64,000 nucleotides of DNA from Eledone cirrhosa (taxonomy: Eukaryota): NCBI GenBank assembly GCA_964016885.1, contig OZ024747.1, positions 27,280,001 through 27,344,000 on the forward strand. The letters are read 5' to 3'. This document shows, piece by piece, positions 48,950 through 62,725 of the stretch. The first letter of the stretch is position 1, and every line of letters starts with the position of its first letter. Under the pieces are notes generated by a model. It was not told the origin of the DNA. It worked only from the letters and a program-made list of their open reading frames with translations, and searched no databases. Both the position numbers and the translations under genes were made by a program.

Positions 48950-50160
48950 TTATATTTATATAAGGAACCCTAAAAAACATTTTAAACAAGAAAGTTTTGG
49001 AAGGCCTTTTCAAGGGCCCCAAAGAATAAGACAAATAGCCACTCATGAGTATGTGACAAGCTCCTTTTAGTTTTTGCTTCTTCTCCTCCTTAATGGCTTT
49101 AATGAAATTAGCCTGCATAAACACATATGGCCTGGTGTCAGCATGGAAACGGAGACACCCGCTCAACAACTTCAGGTAACTACATCTGTATGTGCATTTG
49201 GCAACAACAAAATGAGTGCATTGTTTGGTCAGCTCAGATTGAGTGGTTTAGCAGTACTGTTTCAGAATGGCTTGACTGTAGAGGTAAGAACACTTTTCCT
49301 AGACTAGAATGGTAGATTGGTAGTCCTGAATGTGAGTAGCAGAAAAGACAACAGTGGTACCTTCAGACTTGTGGTTGTATATACCCCAGGTGGAGCAGAG
49401 TGATAGGACTCTCCCATTCTGCTGTCAGCCACAGTAGATGCCTGCCAAGATGTCACAAAACAAGTCTTAAATCAATCAAAACCTTTCAATAGTGTTGACT
49501 ATCAATACCTAATGGTAGTCACTATGACAGTTGGCTTTGGATTCATTTTCAGAGGATGTATCGCTATGATGCACAACGACATTTGCTCTGTGGTCAGAGT
49601 GAACTCCTTCTTGGAACCATTCAATATCATGCTCGGCCTACCAAGGTTGTCCCCTTTCATCCATGTTGTATATACTGCCTCTTGAGCCACTACTATACAA
49701 TTTTGAGACATTGAGGTGTGCTCCCCATGAACTAGGATGTGGGAGATCTATGTTAGCATATTCTTACAATATCACCAAGCATATTGAGGTAATTGGCCCT
49801 GCTCTCAGGGAATATGAAGCAAAAATTAACCAGGAAAAGTCGGTTGTCCTACAGCTTGACACTTGGAGAAGAAAGTCCATTCCATCCATCAACATCATCA
49901 AGCTCTGGCCAGATGGACCTGTTAAATTGTTCAGGGTCTGGTTTACTTCTAGACTTCTAGACAAAAGCTGGGACATGGTAATGACCAGGATGGCCACTCT
50001 CACCCAGAAATGGGTCAAGGTAAAGTTATCCTTGAAAGGTCGGAGAGAAGTGGCAAACGCATACATTATGTTGGATGAGAGTGTGAGTATAGTCCGAGTA
50101 AATGGGTCTTCTCTGAGTGTATGCTTGCAGATTGGAGGACAGCAGGGTGGGGGCACTTAC
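48950..50160 (+). mobile_element. Degraded Tx1/L1-type LINE remnant
   Basis: AKINQEKSVVLQLDTWRRKSIPS...WPDGPVKLFRVWF...KLSLKGRREVAN resembles the insert at 53226-55134. Confidence 0.75.
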
Positions 50161-50401
50161 TGAAGCTTTTTGTAGGCTTGGCAGAGTTGTTGGAGCTTTG
50201 AACAAAATGCTTTGCAGTATTTGTTCTTGTTCTTTATGTGGTGAGTTCAAATCCCACCATGGTCAACTTTACCTTTCATCCTTCCTAGGTTGATAAAGTA
50301 CAAATCAAATACTGGATTGATATGATTGATTTTCTCCTTCTTCCAATTGTTAGTCTTTTGCCTAAATTAAAAACCATCATTTTTTTTTTTTCTTAAGAAA
50401 T

Positions 50402-50403
50402 CA

Positions 50404-50439
<36 letters not shown>

Positions 50440-53400
50440 GTTTAACGTCCATATTCCATGCTTGCATGGGTTTGGACGGGAGTTTTCCCACTTGAGGCAA
50501 GAGTGGTTGTCTTGCTCGTATAGGACTGTCTGGCGGGTTTTCTACGGCTGGATGCCCTTCCTAATACCAACCACGTTTACAGTGTGGAACTGGGAGGTTT
50601 TTACCATGTTACCTACACGGCCACATTACAGCGTGGACTGTGTTTTTTTTTTTGTCGTGACACCTACACGACCTCATTTGTTTCGGGCTGGATGTTGTAC
50701 CAACATAACTTTACATTGAAAGGGGTGGTGTGGATGGGGTGGGGGTAGTGGGACGAGGTTGTATTTTGTTAGAGGTGCCTACTGACTGTAGTAGGTTTCA
50801 CTTTGTACTTAGGTAAGGCGGGTCTTCTCTATTACTGAGTACCGCCAAAGATCTCGGTCCAGTGACATTGTCTTGGAGAGGTATAAGTGTGTGAGGTCGG
50901 AATTTATCAAGTCGTCCCAGGTTTTTCTGGATCTGCCTACTCCGTGGCTACCGTCTATTTTTATTGCCCTGCACTTTTTTATACAGCTGTCGTCTTTCAT
51001 GCGCATCACGTGACCATACCAACGTAGCCTTCTCTCGAGTAAACAACATCTGATCCCTCTTATTTCTAATTTTTCCCTTAGTTCGTTTATGCTTTGCCGT
51101 TCACGTATATTACTATTACACATCCAGCGGAACATGCAAGCTTCGTTCCTCTCCAGTCTGCGTATATCCTCTGCACACAATGCCCATGTCTCACTGCCAT
51201 GCAACATTGCTGTTCGTATGCAGGCATCATACAGCCTGCCTTTTATTTTTAGGGAGAACCCTTTAGCGGCTTATACAGCTCTCTGAACTTTTTCCATCCA
51301 GTTCTGACTCTAGCTACTGTACTTTCAGAGCACCCTCCCCCACTGCTGATTTTGTCACCCAGGTAACGGAAGTTGTTCACTATTTCTATAGAACTATCTG
51401 TGCAATGAAATGATCTAGTATTCTGTGGGCACTTGCTGCTACTTATTGCACCAGAGCACCAGCCTCATGTAAAATCTATGTTCTTAGTTAGCTTACCTGT
51501 GATCCCACTACATCTTTTATGCACCCATACTTTGCATTTGGGACATAAAATGGAGTTTCTACCTACTCCTTTCCTACACACTGAGCATGGCCATTTCCCG
51601 GATGGGACCGGCGCCCTATTTTCCTTCCTACAAACTAGACAGGTTAATTTTAAGGCCTTTTGATTCTAGGCCACGCTTCCATGTTTGGAATTTCTTCTCT
51701 AGTTCGGCCATTGATTCAGCTATGAGCATTAGATCATCCGTGTATAGGAGTTCCCATGGGTAGCCGGTCTTGAACTCCACTGTTATAGCCTGAAGGACAA
51801 TAATAAATAGTAGGGGGCTAAGAACGGAGCCCTGATGAACACCAACGTTTACGCTAAACTCTTCACTATATTCGTTGTTAATTCTAACCTTGCTGACTGT
51901 TTCTTTATACATGGCTTGTATAGCTCTCACAAGCCAATCATCAACACCTAGTTTTCTAAGAGCCCACCAGATAATGGAACGGGGGACTCTGTTGAAGGCT
52001 TTCTCCAAGTCGACAAAAGCTAAGTATAAGGGTTTACTTTTAGCTAGGTACTTCTCCTGTAGTTGTCGTACAATGAAAAGAACGTCTGTGGTACTTTTAC
52101 CTGACACAAACCCAAACTGCATTTCATCTAGATCAATTCTCTCTCTGATTAGTTGCACTATTACTTTTTCTGTGACCTTCATGACCTGGTCAATTAATTT
52201 AATGCCTCTATAGTTACTCCTATCTAGGGCATCTCCTTTACCCTTGTAGCAGTTACTGATGATGCTGCTACGCCAGTCCTTCGGAACAACTCCATTCTGT
52301 ATGACTTGGTTTACTATCCGGGTGACCATGGTGTGTCGCACCATTCCAGAAGCTTTCAGCATTTCAGCAACTATTTCCGAAGGCCCAGCCGCCTTACCCG
52401 TCTTCATATTTTTGATTGCCTTACTTATTATACTACCTTCGACTAACACTGCTGGTCCCTCTATTGGGTCGAATTGGGGGAGACTGTCTTTCTCCCATTT
52501 ATTCTCCTCATTTAGTAGCCTTTCGTAGTGACACTTCCAAGCTACCTTCTTATCAGCGTCAGTGATGGCAAGTACACCATCATCATTAAGTACACACTTC
52601 TCCCCGACAATATCACGGTTTTCCTTGACACATTGCCTAGCAATCCTGAACACCTCACGTTTTTGGTCCTCGCATTGTAGAACATGCTTGAACTTTCTTT
52701 CTTCTGCTTCCCTTCTTGCGAAGTACACTTGTCTCCTAGCTTCGCTCCTGGCCACTTGATAGTCTTCTATACTTCCCCCATCCTGCCATACTTTCCAAGC
52801 CTGCTTTTTGGCCTTAATTGACTCCTCCACCTTACTGTTCCACTACCATGTTACTCTCCTCCTGCTTATAGGCCTGCTCCAGCCACAGACTTTGTCTGCC
52901 GCCATCAGCAGGTTTGCTTTCAGGAATTCCCACTGTTCCTCTACATTGTACGACTCTAATTGCTCTTCCTTACTGTCGAAAGCATCAAGTAATATGCTTT
53001 GAAATTTATTTCTGGCTATGGGATCCTTTAGCTTCCATATTTTTCTCCTGAGGCTAGTCTTCTTCTGCTGTCGAGTACGTCTCGTCCTGACTATGACGTC
53101 GATAATTATCAGTCTATGTTGGAAGGTGCATTCTTCATGGGGGAGGGATTTAGTGGTTGGTATGTTCCCCTGATCTGTAGGTGATCAAGTGATTGTCTCG
53201 TTTTTTGAAGTTAGTGTTACAGATATGTTTCTTTTATTTGCCACCAGGGCATCAAAAGTGGGACAAGTACAATGGGGGGAGTTTACAAAACAAGGCGTCC
53301 TCAATAAGGAGGAAGCAATAACAATATATAAAAATAAAATAAAATATAACAAAAAATAAAATTTATAACAAAGTCCTCAATAAAACCCTTTTCCTCGGGA

Positions 53401-55990
53401 GCACAGAGAAGGGGTGCTCCCTTGGTCTTTCATCTTCCTCACCTATAGTCTGATGTAGAGTGAAGGCCCATTCACACAGGCCATTCTCGCCACTTTCACC
53501 CATCTTTCATAAAAACGAATGGGGTGCAGCACCTCTCTCTCCATCCTGATCCTTCTTCCGAAATGATATCGGAAGAAACGGACCAGTTGTTGGCCAGAGA
53601 GAAAGGTGTCTGACCTCAGTCCGTTCAGACGCGTCCACCATACAACCTCTTTCGCCATGGCTATTATGCACAGAGACACTGCTTCTTCTTCGTTTTTGAA
53701 GAGGGGAGGCGGCTTGATCGTTACAATAGACTCGGTGGTCAACTGGATCGGTCCCACCCTTGACAGCAGTTGTTCGACATAGCCCCACAGATCGGCAATG
53801 CCCGAGCTGTGTACCAATGCGTGTGCAACGGTTTCCTCGTCGCACACGCATCTGGGACAGATGTAGAGCCCGTGTCTGTAGAGCCTTTCTCGAACGGGCA
53901 GAGCCCTTCTGTAGCATTGCCAGGCCAGGGACCTCTGGAAGTTATCCATGGGTCCCGGGCTGAATGTCCTACCGAACAGGTTGGCCAGTTCGTCTTCCTC
54001 CATGCCTAGGGCTTCTCCGAGGGCGTCGTAGCACCTGCTAACCACCAGCCCTCTATAGAATGACGAGGTGGATTCTCCACTGACAGCCGGGTCCACCTGC
54101 CAGAGAGCCGTGAGTGCCTGGGCACACTCGGTGTGCCAGGCACCCAGTTTTCTCGGTCTTTGCTTGACCCAGGATTGCATCTCGGTGAGTGAGACGAGTC
54201 TGGGAAAGGCTCGCCTCACAAACGGGGCCCACACCGGTTGACCGGAGAGGAATACCTGAAGGTGCCGTAGCCTTAATGCGTGTTTACGTATCATTAGCCA
54301 CGGTATCCCCAGCCCTCCTTTCGAAGGGTGTTGACAGCATATGGATCTCCTCACCATAGGAGCCCGCTTCTTCCAAAGGAATTGGAAGAGTGCGCGCTCC
54401 ATTTTGGCGAGCGTTTCCCTTGGACAAGGCACAACGGTCAGGCGGTAGTAGATGATGGATGCTATATAAGTGTTCGCCACCTCCGCCTGACCTTTCAGGG
54501 ACAGTTTGCACTCGGCCCACTTCTGGGTCAGTGCAAACACCCTGTTCGTTACCTCACCCCAGTTCTTCTCCACCTGGAGGTCTGGTCCGAACCAGACCCC
54601 GAACAACTTCATCGGGCCCTCCGTCCAGCGCCCGACGACGCCATCGGAGGGCATCGATCTGCCCCTCCACGTGCCGAGTTGCAGACCGATCGACTTGTCC
54701 CGGTTCAGCTTAGCCCCTGTAAACCTTTCGTATTCCTCCAGTAAGGTGCCGATCGCCCCGATTTCCGAGGCCGTCGACACCATTACTGTTACGTCATCGG
54801 CGTAGGCTGACACCGCTTTCCGCAATCCCGGTTCCAACGGGATGCCCTGCAACAACTCCAACTTCCGCAGCAGTGGCTCTAGAGTCATTACATACAGAAG
54901 GGAGGAGAGAGGGCACCCCTGTCGGATGGACCGCGTGATTTCGAACGGCTCCGAGAGGTAGCCGTTCACCTTGACCCTAGAGCAGATGCGGCTGCTGTGC
55001 ATGGCATTGATCCAGCCCCTGAAAACGGGTCCAAAGCCTGCCGCCGCTAGCACCGCATCCAGGTAACCATGGTTGACCCTATCGAATGCCTTAGATTGAT
55101 CCAAGTTGATCAGGGCCCCACCAAAGCCGGGTTCGTTACAGATAGTTAGGTTATTTGCGTCACAGAATTTCAGGATTCTGGAGCCTTCCTCATTTCTAGT
55201 ACCAAACCCATAGCCTCCGTGGATTCCGTCATAGCCGTCACAATGTTGTCCAACGTGACCATTTAGGTCGCCAGCAATAATTATATAGTCACTGTCAGTT
55301 ATTTGGGAGGTAGTGAGCATCAGTGTCTCATAGAATCTGTCTTTTATAGCGCCAGGCAGTCCGGATTGGGGCGCGTACGCAGATATTACTGTCACAGTAG
55401 TTCTATTTAGAACAAGTCTTATTTTAATTATTATGTCATTCACTCTATTTACGTCTATTATCTTATCCACCCATTTTTCTGCTAACATGATTCCTACCTC
55501 ACCCAGCCCATTGTCATTTCCCACCCAGAAAAGCTTATAGCATCGTTTTTTACCCACAATGAATCTAGCAGACCCGCCCCTTCACCTGGTCTCTTGGATA
55601 CAGCAAACATCAACCTCCTTACGTTCAAGCATTTCTACAACCTTAGAGCAGACTTTTAAGGTGCCTACATGCATGAGGTGAATTTGTTGTTATCTTTGGC
55701 ATTGTCTTCGAGTGTCCAGATTCTTCAGACTCTCCAGAAATTCCTTAGTCCATCCATCATATCGAAAAGCAACCAGAAGTGATAGCATAAACTGTTGACT
55801 TGTGATTGGTCCAAATAATAAAGGTGAAGAGTATGGGGTAGTTAGCGAGGAGAAGATTATTTAGAACAGTCAGACAGAATTATAGAATAGCAATTATGAA
55901 GTAGGATTTGGATTCTGGGCGATTATAGATATATGGATGAATGAACCGAAGGGTGTGGGAGACAAGAAGAAAATGTTATTTATACATTAC
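50402..55990 (-). mobile_element. Near full-length RTE LINE copy 4, mutated and interrupted by a Tx1/L1-type insert
   Basis: (CAT)n tail at 50405-50439; ORFs 50809-51207 and 51628-52830; APE resumes at 55135-55670; 5' UTR similarity to copy 3 to ~55990. Confidence 0.9.
53226..55134 (-). mobile_element. 5'-truncated Tx1/L1-clade LINE with 10-bp TSD
   Basis: LDQSKAFDRV, IRQGCPLS, AYADDV, C-terminal CPRC..DEETVAH; AATAAA near the 3' end; GTTACAGATA at 53216-53225 and 55135-55144. Confidence 0.9.
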
Positions 55991-56300
55991 ATTTCGTAGA
56001 AGTGGACTGACCATTAATAAGAGTTGACAAATTCTGAGTTTTGTCCCTCGTAACAGGTTTAGAAAAAAATATTTTAAAAATAAATTATACTTTTAAAATT
56101 AAAAGGAACATAAAAATATAATAAAATAAATCATTGTTGATATTGTACACCAATCTTGTGTTGTTTTTATTACCCTAGGAGTAGGGCATAACCAAAGACC
56201 AAGGGCTATTTGAGATTTTTCATCAACATTATTTTCAAGAACTTTTCATGGGATCCGTGTGGTTTTATTATATATTTGTATTTTCAATGATTTATTTCAG

Positions 56301-56411
56301 AAAAATCCAGAAAAATACAATTTAATAGAAGTATTGCTTGACAAAGGAGTGTCAGAACGAATGTTAGATCGTGAGGAACGGCCATGGGAGCTCATTCAAC
56401 AAGCTCGTAAA
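56301..56411 (+). CDS. DGKQ: DGK-theta exon (KNPEKYNLIEVLLDKGVSERMLDREERPWELIQQARK)
   Basis: TTTCAG/GTAAGT, phase 0-0. Confidence 0.92.
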
Positions 56412-57110
56412 GTAAGTTACTTTCATATAACACTACATAATCACCTTCTCTCTCTCCTTCATAAAGTAAGGCACCCTGACACCATCACATTACATCACAT
56501 GAACCCTCCCTCTCTCCTTCATAAAGTTACCATTATACCATCATATAACACTAGATAGTCCCCCTCTTTCCTTTGTAAAGTAAGTCACTTTTGCCAACAC
56601 ATTATATCACATGAGCCCATCTTTCTCTCTCATATAGCAAATCACTATTATACCATTACATTGCATCTCTCTCTCTCTAGTAAAGTAACCATTATATATA
56701 TATCATCATCATCATCATCATTTAATGTCGATTTACCACACTTGCATGGGTTAAATGGGTTGTCACATTGAAACAAGTCAGTTCTGGAGACCACGTCATG
56801 GCTCATACAAATCTGTATTTTGGCTTGGTTTCTACAGCTGGATGTATTTATGTGTACATTCATTTGTGTGCAGGTATATGTGCGAGTGTGTGTGTTTGTG
56901 TATGTATCATTATAATAAAACACACGAGTCATGTGGCAACCATTTTGTACTAGATTTATTTGGAAAATAGTAATTTGATGATCTTCTTCCCTACCTCACA
57001 CACAGTGTTGACAAGTTGGTCTGCAGTTATTACAGTTGCTATTGTTGTTGTTGCACCTCTCATTTTAGATATTACAGCTTTTACAGTTATTGTTGTTATT
57101 ATCATTGTAG

Positions 57111-57261
57111 GACTCTTTACGGCAAAACCGAATGACTCGTTTCTACATACAACAGATTGAGGACCCACACGGTCCAACGATTTCCTTGTTTGTAGGAAAT
57201 TTGCCATGTGGCTTATCTCAACGTCAATATGAAAAAATCCTTCTTGACATAATAGGCCCAG
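57111..57261 (+). CDS. DGKQ: DGK-theta exon (DSLRQNRMTRFYIQQIEDPHGPTISLFVGNLPCGLSQRQYEKILLDIIGP)
   Basis: TTGTAG/GTAAGA, phase 0-1; RRM-like LFVGNL. Confidence 0.93.
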
Positions 57262-58952
57262 GTAAGATATTAAAACTTCCTCTCACTTTATACATTGCAC
57301 TTTATATAAGCTGTTATTTATTGCAGTTGAACTTGTCTTCTTTATAATAAGTTCTTTTTAATAATATGATAATGATAATGATTAGAAAAAGGAGAAATAT
57401 TATTATTGTTGTTGTATCTTAAAACTATTTGAGACAACAACCATTACAGAAACAAATATAATTAGGCTTGCAGGAAATGCTATTGATGACAGAATTAGGC
57501 ATAAAACAAAATGTAGAGCGGAATATGCCGTAATGGAGAAAGTGTATATGTAACACACAAGCTAGGATAAAAAATGACTCAAGTCCACCTCAGAGTATAT
57601 GGGCTATCAAGCCGTACTTCCAGGTGTTTTGTGAGTATCCAGGAAGTGAAACCATCCAGTAGTGATGACTTCTCAAGAACACTAAGGCCATTGAGAAAAA
57701 AAAATTCTAGACTTTTATGAGGCTAATTGTTACATCCTTTCCGATGATGTTGCTTCATAAGTATATGAAGGAATCTACAGATTTTAGCAGGTTTTGTTTG
57801 ATTGTGCTTATTGAGACATTCTGATTGAAACAGATAATATATTCAGTTTTTGAGGTGTTGGTATAAAGTCTAATTGAGTCTTCCTAATTGTAGCAGTTAT
57901 ATTCAGTTTTTGATGTGTTGCTATAAAGACAAGTTGAGTCCTCCTCATTATAACGGATGCTTATCTATTACCATTACAACTAGCATCCTTTCTGAGACAA
58001 TGGCTTTTTTACAACTGAGTATCAAGTTTGTCATGAGTCTCCTAGGTTAATACCGACTTTAGCAGGGAAAATGGCCTTAAAACACTTGTTGCTATTGTTG
58101 TTATTGTATAATTATAACTAGTGTATGTAAATGTGTGTGGATGCAGTCTGGTCAAATGTTTAAAAAGTACAGTTTGAAACGATAAGGACTTGGGGACCAT
58201 CCCACTACATGGTAGCTTGAGAAAGTGTCATTTATCATAGTCTCAAGTTAATGCAAACCTTGTGAGTGAAAATGGGTAAATGGAAACTGTTTGGAAGCCT
58301 ATTGGATGGACTGTACCTTTAATTCAAAAGACCAGCTTTGTCATATACCGTGTGATGCTGAATCTCACTGAAAGTTATGTTAAGGGTTCGTGTGTCTGTG
58401 AAATGCTCAGCCATTTGCATTTTAATTTCACAAGTAGGCTGCTCTGTAGATTAAACAACTGGAACACTCAACATTGAAACTGAATGAGGTTCATTTCATG
58501 TATTTGTTTTTCTTCTTTGCCCACTTATTCCAGAGAGTCATGGGGACTGACTCTTCAGACATTCTTTCTAGAGGGTCCTATTAGAAACAACCAACTCAAA
58601 AAAATTTGGCTGAATCCCCAAGGAAGAACTTGCTAATGATCATCCTCTGGATCTCGTGTCAGTTGGCTTTGCTTATAAAATCTGTCCTGTGACAGATTTT
58701 ACAGGCAACTTGATGGTTCATACACCCATTGGTGGCTAAGCATATATAGAGCCCCTGGCTGAAAATTTATCAGAGCCCTTCATCTAGGTATAATATATTA
58801 TTTATAGAAGCAAAAGATTTAATATATATCTACTACAATCTGCATATATCAATTATCTTTAGCTAAGCTTATTTATTTTCCTAATTATTTGTTTCTTTGA
58901 ATTTTTTCCATGTTGTTTATCTATTGTATTTTTTCTTGACTCTAATTTCTAG

Positions 58953-59110
58953 AAAATAAGTGGCACTCATTTGATGTGATCTACTATGAGTATGGTGCTC
59001 TAGTTCTCATATACAACACTGCAGAGAAAGCTAGTCGGTCATTCCACATTTTAAGGGATACTATCTTTGATGATAAACAACTCCTTGCAATGTTACTACC
59101 TAATATACAG
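58953..59110 (+). CDS. DGKQ: DGK-theta exon (NKWHSFDVIYYEYGALVLIYNTAEKASRSFHILRDTIFDDKQLLAMLLPNIQ)
   Basis: TTCTAG/GTAAGA, phase 1-0. Confidence 0.93.
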
Positions 59111-59142
59111 GTAAGATGATTAATTTTCACACTTAACCTAAT

Positions 59143-59305
59143 GTCATTATCATCATCATCATCATCACCACCATCACCATCATCCACCATCATCATTATG
59201 AACATCACCACCACAATCATCTCCATCATCATCATTGTTGTCATCATCCTCATCATCATCATCATCACTCTCATCACCATCATCATCGATGTTGTCATCA
59301 TCATT
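59143..59305. repeat. (CAT)n/(CAC)n low-complexity tract, tail of a minus-strand SINE/RTE remnant
   Basis: Followed by CCATGTTGGCATGGGTTGGATGG typical of the RTE-type tail. Confidence 0.8.
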
Positions 59306-60363
59306 ATTTGTATATCCGCCTTCCATGTTGGCATGGGTTGGATGGGTTGTCACAGTTTGAGTCAGTATATATTCAAAGTCTCTGTTCTCCTAGATGGGTC
59401 AACAAACCACATCTAACTCATGTTCAATTTTTGTCATGGTTTCTACAACTGGATGCCTTTCTCAACACTAGTCATTTTACAGAGTGTACTGAGTGTATTT
59501 TCTCATGGCTCCAGCACTAGTGAGGTTATGTCTTCAGCAACACTAAAGAGTCCTCTCAACGCTATACTATCTCTGTTGAATCACTAACCACTTTACAGAG
59601 TGTATAAACTCTGTCTGAAGCCAGGAGGCTCGTCAGCTAGTGCTTAACCTGGTTTCGTGGTGTGAAGTGACTGAGAGTACAAGACTCCCCCCTGGACAGG
59701 CTGCAGTCCATCGCAGGGTTGAACCCTCCAGTTATTGCTGGTATTCATTTTCAGCTGAGTATACTAGAGCAACAGGAAATTAACAAATTGAACACTCATT
59801 TGATAAAAAAAATTGGTGCTCATCGTTAAAACCAACCGAGGACCCATCACATATATCCTATAGTGAGTTGTAAGACTTCCTTCCACTGAGATTGGTCATG
59901 CAGCAAGGAGACAAAAAATTCGTTCTCGGGGTATGTAAAATCTAAAAAAATAAACAAGGGAGATAATGCCAATAAAAACAACTAAGGTTTTTACTAAATC
60001 TCTCAAAATGCTTGATAATTTCCAAAATTATTTGAAAATTAGAGACAGTTTCTCTCATTAGAAATATGGTAACAAACCATCATCAACTTTTTACATTCAT
60101 GTTTCCATATTTACATGGGTTGGATGGTTCTTTTCCATTACAGTTTCCCATTACTTATTGCATTTCTTCATCATCTTCTCTTTGGGGTTCAGCTTCTTTC
60201 CACTTTGATCTTTGTTCATTTCTTCACAATAGTCTTCTCTTTCATCTATAATTTATTCTTATACACAGTCTTTCTCGTTGTTCATACATGCTTCACTGTT
60301 CATGAGGGGTTAATGATGAGAAATGAATTTCTTTTTTATGCTTGTTTCCATCTTGTTTTTCAG

Positions 60364-60518
60364 CCACATATGATTCCTGATAATGGTATCCAACCATTAT
60401 TAGTATTCGTAAATGTGAAAAGTGGTGGCTGCCAGGGAACAGAGCTCATCACTTCTTTCCGTAAACTTCTTAATCCTCATCAAGTTTTCAATTTAGAAGC
60501 TGGTGGTCCTCTACCTGG
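60364..60518 (+). CDS. DGKQ: DGK-theta exon, start of catalytic domain ([42 protein letters not shown])
   Basis: TTTCAG/GTAAAT, phase 0-2; canonical DAGK motif. Confidence 0.96.
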
Positions 60519-61052
60519 GTAAATAACACTTTCGTTTCTTTTTCATTTATTCTGTCTCTTTCAATTGTTTGGAGTGGACTGTCCTATTACAGACAAAGGG
60601 ACAGTCCACTGCAGGATATGAGGCAGGGTTAATCAAAATATATTTCTGACATTTAATACAACTACAGGTAGAGTGGGCGAGGGGTATGTAAAATATTTTA
60701 TTCTGTTCAATGTCTCGTCTTTGTGTTGGTTGCATTTTATAGAAAAATGTTCTTTATTATTCTTAAATAAGAAATCAAAACTATTTTCATATTTTATTTG
60801 TATAGATATCGTTTAACTCTTTTGATACCAAACCGCCTAAAACCACATCTGATTCAATCATAGGTGTCATTTATTTTAATGTGTTTATATTTATATTTAA
60901 ACCTTCCATCATAATTTTAGGTAAACATGTTTTTTTTTATGTTCCACACCCCAGCTTAATAATGATGAAATTAGATATATTACTAAATCACTCATAAGCC
61001 ATGATTTTTTTTATTGTTTTCATTACAATATTTATTTAAAAAAACATTAAAA

Positions 61053-61912
61053 CACCATATATATTCGAATATAAGCCAATCTGAATGTAAACCAACCCCA
61101 CTATTTTATGTTTGAGAAATGGGCAAAAATCCAAACCCTGTTTATAAGCTGAGGCAGATAATCAACACATTGTTTAGATAGTGTGGTTTTGAAATTCTCA
61201 TGAGTATAAAATATATTTATGAAGTTTTAATATTTTGATGTTTAAAATGTTTTAAGTATCATTTAGAATATAGTTTGTTTCACAACTCCATTACACAATG
61301 AGTTTCCATTATGTTAAGTTTCAACAAGTTTCTCAAATTTTTGTTTACTTTCGGCCACTCACATGCTGGGAGTACTTTGAAAGTAAGAGGTCAAATAAGA
61401 GAACTTTGTATAGGGATTTATAGGAGGGAGAAATAGCAAACAAGAGAGAGGAGAGACAGAGTAAATAAGAGAGATTGAGAGAAAGAAGGGAGAGTGAGTG
61501 AGAGCAATAAAACACCTGTCAGAATTATGATTTCAATCTTATGTAACAAAAAGAGAAAAACATGTGTGCATGTGTGCATATGACTGTGTACGTGTGCATG
61601 CGACTGTGTATGTATGCATGTGTGGGATATTTATGTATTAAAATTATGAAAATTTGTTGGAAATATTTTCAAGGGAATGCATAAATCAGATAAACGGTGA
61701 TGTAGTAAATGTAGGAAAACAGTGTTTCATTGCAAAATAATCACTCCAGATATTTTAGCACCTTATTTACATAGAATTTGAGGTTGGTGAGAATCGGAAA
61801 AATATTGATCTTGAATATAAGCCAAACCCTTCTCCCCCATTTTACCATCGATTTTTTTTTTTTTTTTTTTTTTTTTGTCATCTATTTCTCTGATTATATT
61901 TGAGAATACACA
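61053..61912. mobile_element. Possible pogo/Tigger-like non-autonomous element
   Basis: Degenerate ends ACCATATATATTCGAATATAAG / ATTATATTTGAGAATATAC and repeated GAATATAAGCC subterminal motifs. Confidence 0.4.
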
Positions 61913-62067
61913 TTAATTTTATATAAGAACCTTCGTTAACTTAAGCTTTAAACACCAGTTTCATAATACAAATGTTCTTGATTATTTTAAAAACAAATTG
62001 AAAATTATAGGTTGTATCTTTCATAGTAAAGAAAAAGGTTCAAATGTGTTATTTCCTGTCTTTTCAG

Positions 62068-62216
62068 ATTATATGTATTTCGGAATGTTTCCTATTATAA
62101 AATCTTAGTCTGTGGTGGCGATGGAACTGTTGGTTGGGTACTGTCATGTTTAGATAATGTTTGCCAAGATGCTGTTTGTCAATCACCTCCTTTGGCAATA
62201 ATTCCTTTAGGAACAG
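62068..62216 (+). CDS. DGKQ: DGK-theta exon ([49 protein letters not shown])
   Basis: TTTCAG/GTATGA, phase 2-1; GGDGT ATP-binding motif. Confidence 0.97.
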
Positions 62217-62434
62217 GTATGAAACCATTTTCTCTTTAAGTTCTCTCATCTAACATGCAGCAATTTTATATATTTATTTTTATATTTTACATCTATGTTC
62301 CTGTGGGTTCACATGTTGGGATAATTGTTTTAACAATGTCATGGCTGTGGAGGTTTACTGCTACTTGCTCCACTAAGAACACCCATATTCCCAAGGGTGT
62401 GGAGATTTACTGGTAACCACTCCATTAGGAACTA

Positions 62435-62725
62435 GAAGGCATATGGTCAGGTGGTTAGGATGTTGGGCTTAAAATCATAATGTCATGGGTTCTATTCTTG
62501 AGCTAGATGGTATGCTGTGTTCTGAGCAAAACACTTCATTTCACATTATTCCAGTTCACTCAGCTGAAAATGTGTACCAGCAGTAGCTGGGGTTCACCTT
62601 TTAATGGACTTGTATCCTATTCAAGAGGGAAGTATTTAACTCTCAGTTGTTTAACATTAATGAAACCAGGATAATTACCAGCCTAATGAGCCTTCAAGCT
62701 TGGGACAGACTTTAACTTAACTTAA
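62435..62725 (+). mobile_element. tRNA-derived SINE, degraded
   Basis: Head and core resemble 37510-37650; a reverse-strand relative lies at ~59625-59780. Confidence 0.65.

Noticed and set aside
53443-55557. 704-aa ORF as an intact new APE-RT retrotransposon
   Set aside because: The TSD shows a nested insertion and both domains are truncated; kept only as a chimera finding.
58984-59416. Met-, Ile- and Asp-rich ORFs
   Set aside because: Translations of a (CAT)n tail.
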